From a virus (lineage: Duplodnaviria > Caudoviricetes), in the IMG/VR virus record IMGVR_UViG_3300033070_001518, positions 1 to 64,000 of that record: a stretch of 64,000 bases of DNA; one strand, 5' to 3'. Positions 16,919-25,752 of the stretch are shown one piece after another (position 1 is the stretch's first letter; each line of letters begins with the position of its first letter). The notes under the pieces were generated by a model. The model was not told the origin of the DNA. It worked only from the letters and a program-made list of their open reading frames with translations, and made no database searches. A program made the translations under genes and the position numbers.

Positions 16919-18754
16919 ATGATAAAATCTATATTTAAAAAAGTAAATAGAGATGTTTTGGTTGAGTGGATCTATGATCCAAATAATGTTGTACTAGAAC
17001 AATATAAAATATTAGATGATTCTAGGAATGGTATGAGATCATATATTGGAGGTGATGTGACCATGACTAATAATGATATCACAAGCCAATTAATTGGAAT
17101 TGATCCAGTTCAGGGAAAATGGGCTAAAATTGATTTATATAAGTTTCCATTTCTATCAGTTCAGGATTTTAGTAGTCCTGGGATCAGACATGATAGATTG
17201 AAGATATATTTACCCTCTAATTTCCAATTTGGAGAGCACCAAGGAGTCTATTTTAAAATTTATACCCTAGACTACCAAAATAAAAAATTGTTCGAGGTAT
17301 CGAATTTCTTTTTTGATCAGAATGATTTGCAAAAATTAGATATTTTATCGTCTTTCACACCACCTCTTTTATATCAAGATAGGACATGGGATAAATTCAT
17401 TCAAGTTGACATACCATCTATTTATGCTGTTGCTTTGCAGAGAGATGGTGGGTCATCGACCCCCGATTCAATAAATTATAACTTATCTGGACCATCTGGT
17501 CTATCACTAACAGCGCCAATATTTGTTGATTTTCAATTTGTTAGTAAAATAGTTGATATTGGGTCGACCAAAACATACATAACATCACAAAAATTAACTA
17601 CTCAGTTTCCGCAATTGCCACAAATCGAATCTCTTAAATTAGTTATTGAGGAATCAAGCCGTGGTGATTATTTTGAAATCTATCCTGAGTATGATGGTAG
17701 TTTTTCAAATTTTGTTGAATTTATAGATAGTTCTAAGTCAATAAATAAATTTTATATTACTGAATATACCATAACATTATTTGAAGAAAATGTCCGTGGT
17801 AGACCAACTACGATACTTGTTGAAACTGATGAGGACTTTTCCCAAAAAATAGAATGGAGACCTATCATAAAATATTCAAGTACAAAGGCAATAATTGATG
17901 TTGAGATGAAATTATTGAATAGGGTTGATGGTACTATAGAAATTATTAGGTCAGCATATGGTATGACCCCGGATCAACTATCAAAGTATTTAATAAATCT
18001 TAAAAAAATACTAGTTAGAGATACTTTCAAGCCTAAGATATATTCAAAAAAGAAATTGGGTTTTTATGGGTTAGATCAATTGGGGAAATCGCCCCAACCT
18101 GAGAATAGGGTTAAAGTCCCTGTGCCATCTTTGATAAATCTATTAAACATTTCAGCTTTTTCAGAATCAGCTACAAATCGAATTTCCCAAAATAAAATAG
18201 AGAACTATCATTATTTTGGGAAATTGAAATTAGGAATAAGACCATTTGATAATATTTTTCGATTTCATATTGCATTTAAAACTGTGGACTCGATCACTCC
18301 ATTGGATTTGACGAATTGTCAAGAATTAAAATTAGTTTTTCGAAATGATAAAAATGAAATTGAATTTATTCAATATATGGATCAAAAAACATCTCCTAAA
18401 AATGGTGTTTGTCAATTCAAGGTCCCGGAGTCTAAATTTTTAGACATTAAAAATCTATTAAAGCCATCTACAGAATCTAAGTCAAAATTAAGTTCTAGTA
18501 GTTTATTTTACATAACAACTACGAATCAAGGAGTTGTGAATACAATATATTCAGGTATGTTTATAAATCTAGACAGTACAGAAGGCATTGAGGACGGTAA
18601 TGTTGTTAATAACCCTGGCCAAATACCAATTATAATAGAGGATCCAAATCCATCTGATGGAATTGCTATTGTTACAAGAAGAATAAAGGACCTAAAGGAT
18701 ATCCCCACCATAAAGAAACCAACAAATCAATCAATCAGGACTAAGAAAAAGTGA
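16919..18754 (+). CDS. large putative virion structural protein (paralog B)
   Basis: Shares blocks with paralog A, e.g. IRHDRLKIYLP vs IRYDTVKVHIP and EWRPIIKYSST vs EYRPIIKYSTT. Confidence 0.6.
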   Translation: MIKSIFKKVNRDVLVEWIYDPNNVVLEQYKILDDSRNGMRSYIGGDVTMTNNDITSQLIGIDPVQGKWAKIDLYKFPFLSVQDFSSPGIRHDRLKIYLPSNFQFGEHQGVYFKIYTLDYQNKKLFEVSNFFFDQNDLQKLDILSSFTPPLLYQDRTWDKFIQVDIPSIYAVALQRDGGSSTPDSINYNLSGPSGLSLTAPIFVDFQFVSKIVDIGSTKTYITSQKLTTQFPQLPQIESLKLVIEESSRGDYFEIYPEYDGSFSNFVEFIDSSKSINKFYITEYTITLFEENVRGRPTTILVETDEDFSQKIEWRPIIKYSSTKAIIDVEMKLLNRVDGTIEIIRSAYGMTPDQLSKYLINLKKILVRDTFKPKIYSKKKLGFYGLDQLGKSPQPENRVKVPVPSLINLLNISAFSESATNRISQNKIENYHYFGKLKLGIRPFDNIFRFHIAFKTVDSITPLDLTNCQELKLVFRNDKNEIEFIQYMDQKTSPKNGVCQFKVPESKFLDIKNLLKPSTESKSKLSSSSLFYITTTNQGVVNTIYSGMFINLDSTEGIEDGNVVNNPGQIPIIIEDPNPSDGIAIVTRRIKDLKDIPTIKKPTNQSIRTKKK

Positions 18755-18760
18755 TATATA
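18753..18760 (+). promoter_or_regulatory. putative late promoter octamer
   Basis: GATATATA 4 nt before ATG 18765. Confidence 0.55.
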
Positions 18761-18764
18761 AGTT

Positions 18765-19364
18765 ATGAGGCTGCATAGTCAAGGATCCCAATTTGCTTTT
18801 AACCTACCTCCAAATTTAGTACCTAGTGAGATTATACAATCTTATACTCCCATATTGGAAAAAAATTGGATTCAATATGATAATGTAATTGATTATTTAA
18901 ATTCTACCATTAAGTCAGTTTCTTTTCCTGGTCTGTCTTTTAATATGCCAAAGCAAAGTTTGATTCGTGGTAAGGTAAGGCAATACAAACCAGCCACAAA
19001 TATTCAAGATATTGTGACTACTAGGCAATTGGATATAACCTTTGCTTCAGTGGATGCTGATATTAATTACTGGTTGATGTTTGACATTGTTTCTAAAAAC
19101 TACTTAGATGTGAATCATTTATATGTTAATCCGTTTACAATAACTGCTCTTGATATACACAGAGATGGTATTTATAAAATAGTTTTCTATGAAATTATCT
19201 TAAATTCTCTTGGTGATAATAAATTTGATTATTCTCAACAAAAAGTAACCTCTAAGGAATTCACCATGTCTTTTAATTTTAATTTCTATGGGGTCGAATT
19301 CTTATTGGATAAGTCCAAGGTTCTAGAATTGGGGCAGGTCCCAACTATAATACAGAAAATATAA
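18765..19364 (+). CDS. T4 gp3/gp19-fold tail completion (tube terminator)-like protein
   Basis: IKSVSFPGLS, LDITFASVDADINYWLMFD and C-terminal FTMSFNFN resemble gp3-family patterns; late octamer upstream. Confidence 0.55.
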   Translation: MRLHSQGSQFAFNLPPNLVPSEIIQSYTPILEKNWIQYDNVIDYLNSTIKSVSFPGLSFNMPKQSLIRGKVRQYKPATNIQDIVTTRQLDITFASVDADINYWLMFDIVSKNYLDVNHLYVNPFTITALDIHRDGIYKIVFYEIILNSLGDNKFDYSQQKVTSKEFTMSFNFNFYGVEFLLDKSKVLELGQVPTIIQKI

Positions 19365-20102
19365 TTATATTTTTATCCACTCATTTGGGATTATATCAGC
19401 ATCACTTATATTTACATGATCCCCGAACCACTTGGATGGGGATATGATTTTTTTCATTGGATTGATATTAAGCCATGCTCCCCACCAACTAAATGATGAA
19501 TTTGCTATTATATTATGATCACAACTCGACATCATGGATAGGTCTTCTATTTCACTATTATTTTTGATAAATATCATATTTTTGAAGTTGAAATTTTCTT
19601 CACACCAACCAATATCATCAGAGAAAATTAACAATTGATTATATTCTCCTAAGTAATCAATTGCATTTTTGTAATATTGGATTGACTGTACTGGATGATA
19701 TCCATTTGATGATATATAATCTGTTCTTCGAACATGGATGGAAATATTTCCATCCTGTTTAGATTTATTGAGACTAAAATCTTTTTTTATTGATTCTTTG
19801 GAGTCAATGAAGTATTTTTCACTTTGCCAATATCCATCAATATAATATGATTTTTTTGGATCTATATTATTTTCTCTATACGAAAATGTATCAAAAATTA
19901 TATGTTCGTTACTTTTTGATTTAGTTTTGCATTCTATTTTGAAATTATTTAATAGAAATTTTCTATTTGTATAACCGTGATTAAGATTGTAAAAGTCTAT
20001 ATCTAAAAAAAGATCTATTGAGTATTTGAGTGATAAGTGTCTAGAATAAGCATATTGGAACATTTGATTTCCAATACCGCCTTGAATTTTAGAAATTATC
20101 AT
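19365..20102 (-). CDS. GT11 alpha-1,2-fucosyltransferase-like
   Basis: GGIGNQMFQYA, HVRRTDY, IIANSSFSWWGAWL. Confidence 0.88.
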   Translation of the reverse strand: MIISKIQGGIGNQMFQYAYSRHLSLKYSIDLFLDIDFYNLNHGYTNRKFLLNNFKIECKTKSKSNEHIIFDTFSYRENNIDPKKSYYIDGYWQSEKYFIDSKESIKKDFSLNKSKQDGNISIHVRRTDYISSNGYHPVQSIQYYKNAIDYLGEYNQLLIFSDDIGWCEENFNFKNMIFIKNNSEIEDLSMMSSCDHNIIANSSFSWWGAWLNINPMKKIISPSKWFGDHVNISDADIIPNEWIKI

Positions 20103-20108
20103 TTAAGT

Positions 20109-20798
20109 CTACCATAGATTTTTATATATTTCATTTTTACCCCCGAAATTGTGAAAGCAAAATGGTTTTATTCCTTGGTAATCATCAAAATGCTCTTCTT
20201 GTGAAAAATATTTTGCCACATCATATTCAGCAAATTTTATTCCATGATCTAAAAATAGATCTCTATTCCAAATACATATTTGTGTGTCTTCATTGTAATT
20301 ACCATCTCGAGCAACCCACGGCATATTATATTTGCTTGGTATTTCTAATAGTTTCTTACTTCTCAATGATATTCCATTACCTACTCTTATTATCTTACCT
20401 TCTCTATCTATTAGCCAATCCTTAGTATTATTAGTTCCTCTTTCGAATAGATTTTTAAATCCCCATGGTGCTCCAATATAATCATATTCATAGAATTCGT
20501 CTTTCCATGAATGACCATTTACTACAAATCCATCAGGTTGAATTAATACCATGAAATCAGTATCAATATACTCATGTAGTCTAAATAGAGAATTATAAGA
20601 CCATTCATCCCTATTCATTTTATCAATATATTCATATTTGATAAAACTTGGAAGGTTCTTAGGATTTTCATGTGTTATTAATTTAACACACCCAAAATTA
20701 ACATCCTTACAACTATACTTTAGAGCCTCTATTGTATTTTCGATATCAACAGATGTCATTGAAACTAATGTAACATTTCCTAGATTAACTTTAGACAT
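20109..20798 (-). CDS. DUF5672 glycosyltransferase-like protein
   Basis: IQPDGFVVN, YDYIGAPW, VGNGISLRS, NEDTQIC. Confidence 0.75.
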   Translation of the reverse strand: MSKVNLGNVTLVSMTSVDIENTIEALKYSCKDVNFGCVKLITHENPKNLPSFIKYEYIDKMNRDEWSYNSLFRLHEYIDTDFMVLIQPDGFVVNGHSWKDEFYEYDYIGAPWGFKNLFERGTNNTKDWLIDREGKIIRVGNGISLRSKKLLEIPSKYNMPWVARDGNYNEDTQICIWNRDLFLDHGIKFAEYDVAKYFSQEEHFDDYQGIKPFCFHNFGGKNEIYKNLW

Positions 20799-21579
20799 AT
20801 ACAAATTTATTTGTTTTTATATCAATTGGAAAGCAACCTAGATGAGGTAAATCATAATTGATCCAGTTTTCAGGTCCCACAGCTATATATTTATCACTAA
20901 GCCATGCTGCCCACCACGAAAAGCTAGAACACGACATTATGCAGTATTTTGAATAGTATAACATTTTAAAATCTACCATCATCTCATTAGAAATGATTTC
21001 ATATTCTGGTAGGACATTTTTTGCTACTCTTATATCATCGGTGAGTATTAGAAATTTAATATCATTTTTTTCCTTTTTAATTCTATCTATGGCATCTCGA
21101 TAATATTTTTCTGAAGTGTGTGTTTTGCGACCGAGATGGTCTGTTTCTCCAAAAACATAAGCTCTTAAATGTACGTAACAATAATCCTCTATTGGGTACT
21201 TATCAAGTAACATTTTTGTATCATTATCCATCTCAATTCTAAACCATTCTTTTATTTGATCTTCGTATCCTACATAATACTTATCTGTTTGGTAATATCC
21301 ACAAATTCTAGTATAATCTGAAACATTAAAGATATTTGGATTGTAGGATTGATTTGAACTTTCTTGATAATTTGATGTGCAATTACCGTCTTTAATACCC
21401 ATATCGATATTTGGGAAATATTTATGTATATGGTGAGATGGATCTTCTTCATATGGTAATGGATTAGAACCAATGCCAGGAATATAGAAATTGTATTTCC
21501 TTTTATCTGCTATTATTCTTGCTATTGAATATTGAAACATCTGATTTCCGAGTCTCCCACCTAGTCTAGCTTCTATCAT
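20791..21579 (-). CDS. GT11 fucosyltransferase-like
   Basis: GRLGNQMFQYS, VHLR, SSFSWWAAWL. Confidence 0.82.
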   Translation of the reverse strand: MIEARLGGRLGNQMFQYSIARIIADKRKYNFYIPGIGSNPLPYEEDPSHHIHKYFPNIDMGIKDGNCTSNYQESSNQSYNPNIFNVSDYTRICGYYQTDKYYVGYEDQIKEWFRIEMDNDTKMLLDKYPIEDYCYVHLRAYVFGETDHLGRKTHTSEKYYRDAIDRIKKEKNDIKFLILTDDIRVAKNVLPEYEIISNEMMVDFKMLYYSKYCIMSCSSFSWWAAWLSDKYIAVGPENWINYDLPHLGCFPIDIKTNKFVYV

Positions 21580-21587
21580 ATTTTATT

Positions 21588-22529
21588 TTAATTGTTTGTG
21601 ATCGATGTATTATTCTTAAAAGAATCACTATTTAAATATTCATATATTTCGTTTATTCCGTAGTTTAAATCATATTTTATTTTATAATCTATAACTTGGT
21701 TTATTTTTGAAAAATTTACTCTATAATCTCTTGGGTCATCCCAATCAACATGATCTATTTTAAAATCTGGCAATCCAATATTTTTGTAATATGACAATAG
21801 CTCACTCACTATTTGCCCCTTAGTATAATTTAATGAATCACTTCCAAGATTATATACACCTGTTAATTTATTCTCAATAGAAATAATTATCATATTACAA
21901 GCATCTTCAACATGGATGTATGGCCTCCAAGATGATTCACTATATACACTTACACCACCACCATTAATTATTTCATATAAAAATTGATTTATTGTTAAAT
22001 CAACCCTCATTCTGTGTGAGACTCCAAATAGTGTTGCGCTTCTTAGTACTAATGATCCTTTAGTGTTCTTTAGTATATATTCCTCCGACTTTATTTTTGA
22101 ATCTGAGTATAGTCCAAGTGGATTTAGTATTGAATTCTCATCTACTTCTTTTTCGCTTTTTCCGTAGTTTGAACATGTACTTAAATAAACAAATTGTATG
22201 TCATTATCATCACATAATTTGGATATAAATTCTGATGATTTAGTATTTATCTCATATGTAATATCTTTGTTTTTTTTACAAATTGGTTCACCGACAAGTG
22301 CTGCCATATGGATAACAATATCATTTTTTAATATCTCATCTCCTATTTTATCAAAGTCTGTAACATCGCCAATTACCAAATTATAGTTATCATTTCCAAT
22401 GAATGGTCTATGTCCATCCTCTCCGAAAGAAAGATTATCATATACAGTAACTTTATCGCCTCTTTCTAAGAATTTTTGAGTTAATTTGGATCCGAAAAAT
22501 CCAGATCCGCCGGTAATTAATATATTCAT
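21588..22529 (-). CDS. NAD-dependent sugar epimerase/dehydratase (extended SDR)
   Basis: TGGSGFFGS, STCSNYG, YSDSK. Confidence 0.88.
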   Translation of the reverse strand: MNILITGGSGFFGSKLTQKFLERGDKVTVYDNLSFGEDGHRPFIGNDNYNLVIGDVTDFDKIGDEILKNDIVIHMAALVGEPICKKNKDITYEINTKSSEFISKLCDDNDIQFVYLSTCSNYGKSEKEVDENSILNPLGLYSDSKIKSEEYILKNTKGSLVLRSATLFGVSHRMRVDLTINQFLYEIINGGGVSVYSESSWRPYIHVEDACNMIIISIENKLTGVYNLGSDSLNYTKGQIVSELLSYYKNIGLPDFKIDHVDWDDPRDYRVNFSKINQVIDYKIKYDLNYGINEIYEYLNSDSFKNNTSITNN

Positions 22530-22533
22530 TTGT

Positions 22534-23784
22534 TTATTTATTTCTAGAATCTCCTATTTTTATTAGATTTACTCCATCTTGTTCTTTTATGTATCTCCAC
22601 GGGTCAATAACAGTTGATCCTATAGGAAATTTATATTCCAAAAAGACATCATGGTTTGTTCCGATAAAAAATATTGATGGTTGTGATAATGGAGGATCTT
22701 CACTATCAATCCATGGATCGTACATTGTCGATTTGATGCCTCTTTCATCTAAAATATTTTTTAAAAGAATAGATGGGCTACCAACCATGAGATTAGTTTC
22801 CTTTTTAAAGGTCTTGCCTAGAATAATTATTGGTAAGTTGATTTTATTTTGCTCTTCTATTAATATGTTAGATAGCCATTCAGTTTGATATTCTCGACAC
22901 ATCATTAGATTATCATACCAATCAAAACTCAAATCTACCTTCTTTGATAACCAAGACAGTGCTATGTTGTCGCGAGGATGACAGCCGCCTCCGTCTCCCA
23001 TCCCACCCAACAAATATTTACTACTCATTAACCTCTCGTTAGCTAAAAATAATCCCTTCATGACATTATCACAATTGATATTATCCAATTTATGTGATAA
23101 TTCCATCACTGTGTTAGCCAAACACACTTTCATTGTTATGTATGTGTTATATGTGACTTTGATCATTTCCGATTCTTCGATTGTGCATTTATACACAGGC
23201 TTATTATGAATTGTCGAATAAAACTCTTTTACTACATTGAAAGCGTTATCATCATCGACTCCAAATAAAACAAATTCAGGTGAAATAAAATCTCTAATTG
23301 TTGTACCCATTGCTATAAAAAATGGATTATAACATAGTTTTACATGATCATTTAATAAAGGCTTTATTTCCCTTCTTATAGTTCCAGGTAAAACTGTGGA
23401 TATTATTACAACAATTTTATCATTTCCTTGTTTTTTTATTTCATCTGACAGACTTTTTATTCCATTTTTTAACCAAGTGTAGTCAAAATCCATTCTCTCA
23501 TCTGGAATTCTTGTAGATCCTTCATATTTCACACTATGTGGAGTTTGTATCGGAACAAATATTATATCTGAGTTTGAAACCACTTCAGAAATACTTAACC
23601 ATTTTATATTATGGTTTTCAAGCAATTCTTGAGCTCCCTCTTCTCTGTATGGGAGTTTTTTTATTTTTAGAATATTTTCGACATCTGAATTGATATCAAA
23701 TCCATATACTTTATGTCCATTCTTCTCGATAGCTAGAGCACATGGCAATCCTAATTTTCCAAGTCCTATAAATCCTATATTCAT
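22534..23784 (-). CDS. UDP-glucose/GDP-mannose dehydrogenase family
   Basis: GFIGLGKLG, ISTVLPGT, YNPFF, GGGCHPRD. Confidence 0.9.
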   Translation of the reverse strand: MNIGFIGLGKLGLPCALAIEKNGHKVYGFDINSDVENILKIKKLPYREEGAQELLENHNIKWLSISEVVSNSDIIFVPIQTPHSVKYEGSTRIPDERMDFDYTWLKNGIKSLSDEIKKQGNDKIVVIISTVLPGTIRREIKPLLNDHVKLCYNPFFIAMGTTIRDFISPEFVLFGVDDDNAFNVVKEFYSTIHNKPVYKCTIEESEMIKVTYNTYITMKVCLANTVMELSHKLDNINCDNVMKGLFLANERLMSSKYLLGGMGDGGGCHPRDNIALSWLSKKVDLSFDWYDNLMMCREYQTEWLSNILIEEQNKINLPIIILGKTFKKETNLMVGSPSILLKNILDERGIKSTMYDPWIDSEDPPLSQPSIFFIGTNHDVFLEYKFPIGSTVIDPWRYIKEQDGVNLIKIGDSRNK

Positions 23785-23796
23785 TTTTGTCTTTTA

Positions 23797-24408
23797 TTAT
23801 TTTTTAACTATGATTAGCATATCATCATATCTCCCCTTAACATTTCTCAAGTCCACCATCTCTGGTGAATATTGGGATAGTTTGTTCATTATCAATTGGA
23901 CTTTATCTGGGTAATTTCCGTCCACATCCTCAATAACATATGTGCCTCCTTTATTTAATCTATCATATAGAAAATGGAATGTGTTAGCCATATCCTCAAA
24001 TACATGACTACCATCATCGATGATTATATCAAACTTCATATCCCCCAATTCTGAATTAACCTTATTTGTATTATTGATATCAGAGAATATCATTTTTACC
24101 CTATTGTCTTCATTTTTCCAGATTAAATTATATGGATCAATATCAATACCAACAACATTACTACCTTTATCAAAATATTGATTCCACATATATAAGCTCC
24201 AACCTCCCGAAATTCCTATCTCTAGAATATTAATAGGATTTCCTAAATACTTATTAAAATGGTCGTGGTATGTTTCAAGATAGCTGTGGATACTGCCCTT
24301 GTCAATATCATATTGTGTTGTATTTCTTTCACCATTTGTACCTGGTTCTTTTCCTGTATATTCTGTGATAAATTTTCTTGATTTTTCCCACACTTCTCTT
24401 AGTATCAT
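23797..24408 (-). CDS. SAM-dependent O-methyltransferase (Methyltransf_24-like)
   Basis: ILEIGISGG, DIIIDDGSH, GGTYVIED. Confidence 0.8.
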   Translation of the reverse strand: MILREVWEKSRKFITEYTGKEPGTNGERNTTQYDIDKGSIHSYLETYHDHFNKYLGNPINILEIGISGGWSLYMWNQYFDKGSNVVGIDIDPYNLIWKNEDNRVKMIFSDINNTNKVNSELGDMKFDIIIDDGSHVFEDMANTFHFLYDRLNKGGTYVIEDVDGNYPDKVQLIMNKLSQYSPEMVDLRNVKGRYDDMLIIVKK

Positions 24409-24416
24409 AATTAAAT

Positions 24417-24989
24417 TTATTTTTTTGCTAATAAAACTCCAGCATGGGGAGCGTTAACATAGGTGAATTTTCCCTCACCATAGATAGTAAATCCCCATTC
24501 TTGAAATTTTCTTATAAAATTATCTAAAATATCATATGTATGATACTCAAGAGCAAAGACTTCAACTGAGTTCATGTCTTCTTTTGTTAGAGTATAAAAG
24601 TTTGTTTCGTATCCCTCGATGTCACATTTAATAGCTGTGACATTATTATCCTTAATTAGAGATATCAAGTCTTCGGGAGACTGTATCATCTTCCATATAA
24701 ATGTATATTTATTATCATTATTTAATGAATTATCTTTTACAAATTTTTTCAATCTCTCTATTTCACTTGGTTCGTTATTCCAAGTATTTATAAGTGGACC
24801 TCCCTGTGGATTGCCATCAATACCTATTACCTTTGCAGCGGTACTTCCTAAAAAAATTGGACTTTGTTGAAATTCATCTATGTGAGCGATAGCTCTACCA
24901 CATCCAAGATCTAAGAGAATTTTTCCGTTCATATCTAAGTGAGGCCAATGATCAACTGAGTTCTCTGTTGTAATATTAAATTTTATCAT
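24417..24989 (-). CDS. FkbM-like methyltransferase
   Basis: LLDLGCG and IKCDIEGYE. Confidence 0.6.
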   Translation of the reverse strand: MIKFNITTENSVDHWPHLDMNGKILLDLGCGRAIAHIDEFQQSPIFLGSTAAKVIGIDGNPQGGPLINTWNNEPSEIERLKKFVKDNSLNNDNKYTFIWKMIQSPEDLISLIKDNNVTAIKCDIEGYETNFYTLTKEDMNSVEVFALEYHTYDILDNFIRKFQEWGFTIYGEGKFTYVNAPHAGVLLAKK

Positions 24990-25752
24990 ATTTCATTTTT
25001 ATTTTATTGGATATTAAATTGTTAATTTCAAGCATTAATTCTTTCTTTGTGTGAAGATATCCATTAGAATTAAACTTGGTCATATAATTATAATCAATTT
25101 TATCACCAAAAATTATCTTACTTTTATTTTTTGGAAATAGTGATACTAGGTCAGATGTTTCAATTGGTTCTGTAAATAGATTAAATAAAATCTCATTTGG
25201 ATATTTCTTGGATAGATTTTCAATATCACTATGTAAATTATCTAAATTATACCATTGATATCTAGAATTTATATTTATATCAAAATCTTTTTCATTTATC
25301 AAATCGAATAATATATTCTTTTTAAGAAGATTATTGAACAGAGCTCCAAGTCTGAATATTTTAAGATCATCACATTTAACAAATTCTCTGACCATCAATT
25401 CAAATAGGTATCGGTTACTTCCATATTCTAGTTTAGAAATATTTGGTTTATAGTCCTCTTTGCTTCCAATAGGAGAATCAGTATAGACATCTATTGTTGA
25501 GATTAATGTAACTGATGAGTATTTTTTTTTCGATATAATATTTATGATATTTATGATATTATTAAAATCATCAAGTATATTTTTATTGATTATTCGTTTA
25601 GAAGATGGTAAACATGATAAAAAAATATCATCCCCATCATTTACAATATCATCAAAGGTATTAATATTACTACTATTAAAATGATGATCGAATTCTCTCG
25701 ATTGCATAATAGTTTGTCCAACCAATCCGTTATATCCTACTATTATTTTCAT
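24976..25752 (-). CDS. Rossmann-fold sugar epimerase-like protein
   Basis: VGYNGLVG, ISTIDVY, YGSNR. Confidence 0.6.
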   Translation of the reverse strand: MKIIVGYNGLVGQTIMQSREFDHHFNSSNINTFDDIVNDGDDIFLSCLPSSKRIINKNILDDFNNIINIINIISKKKYSSVTLISTIDVYTDSPIGSKEDYKPNISKLEYGSNRYLFELMVREFVKCDDLKIFRLGALFNNLLKKNILFDLINEKDFDININSRYQWYNLDNLHSDIENLSKKYPNEILFNLFTEPIETSDLVSLFPKNKSKIIFGDKIDYNYMTKFNSNGYLHTKKELMLEINNLISNKIKMKYDKI

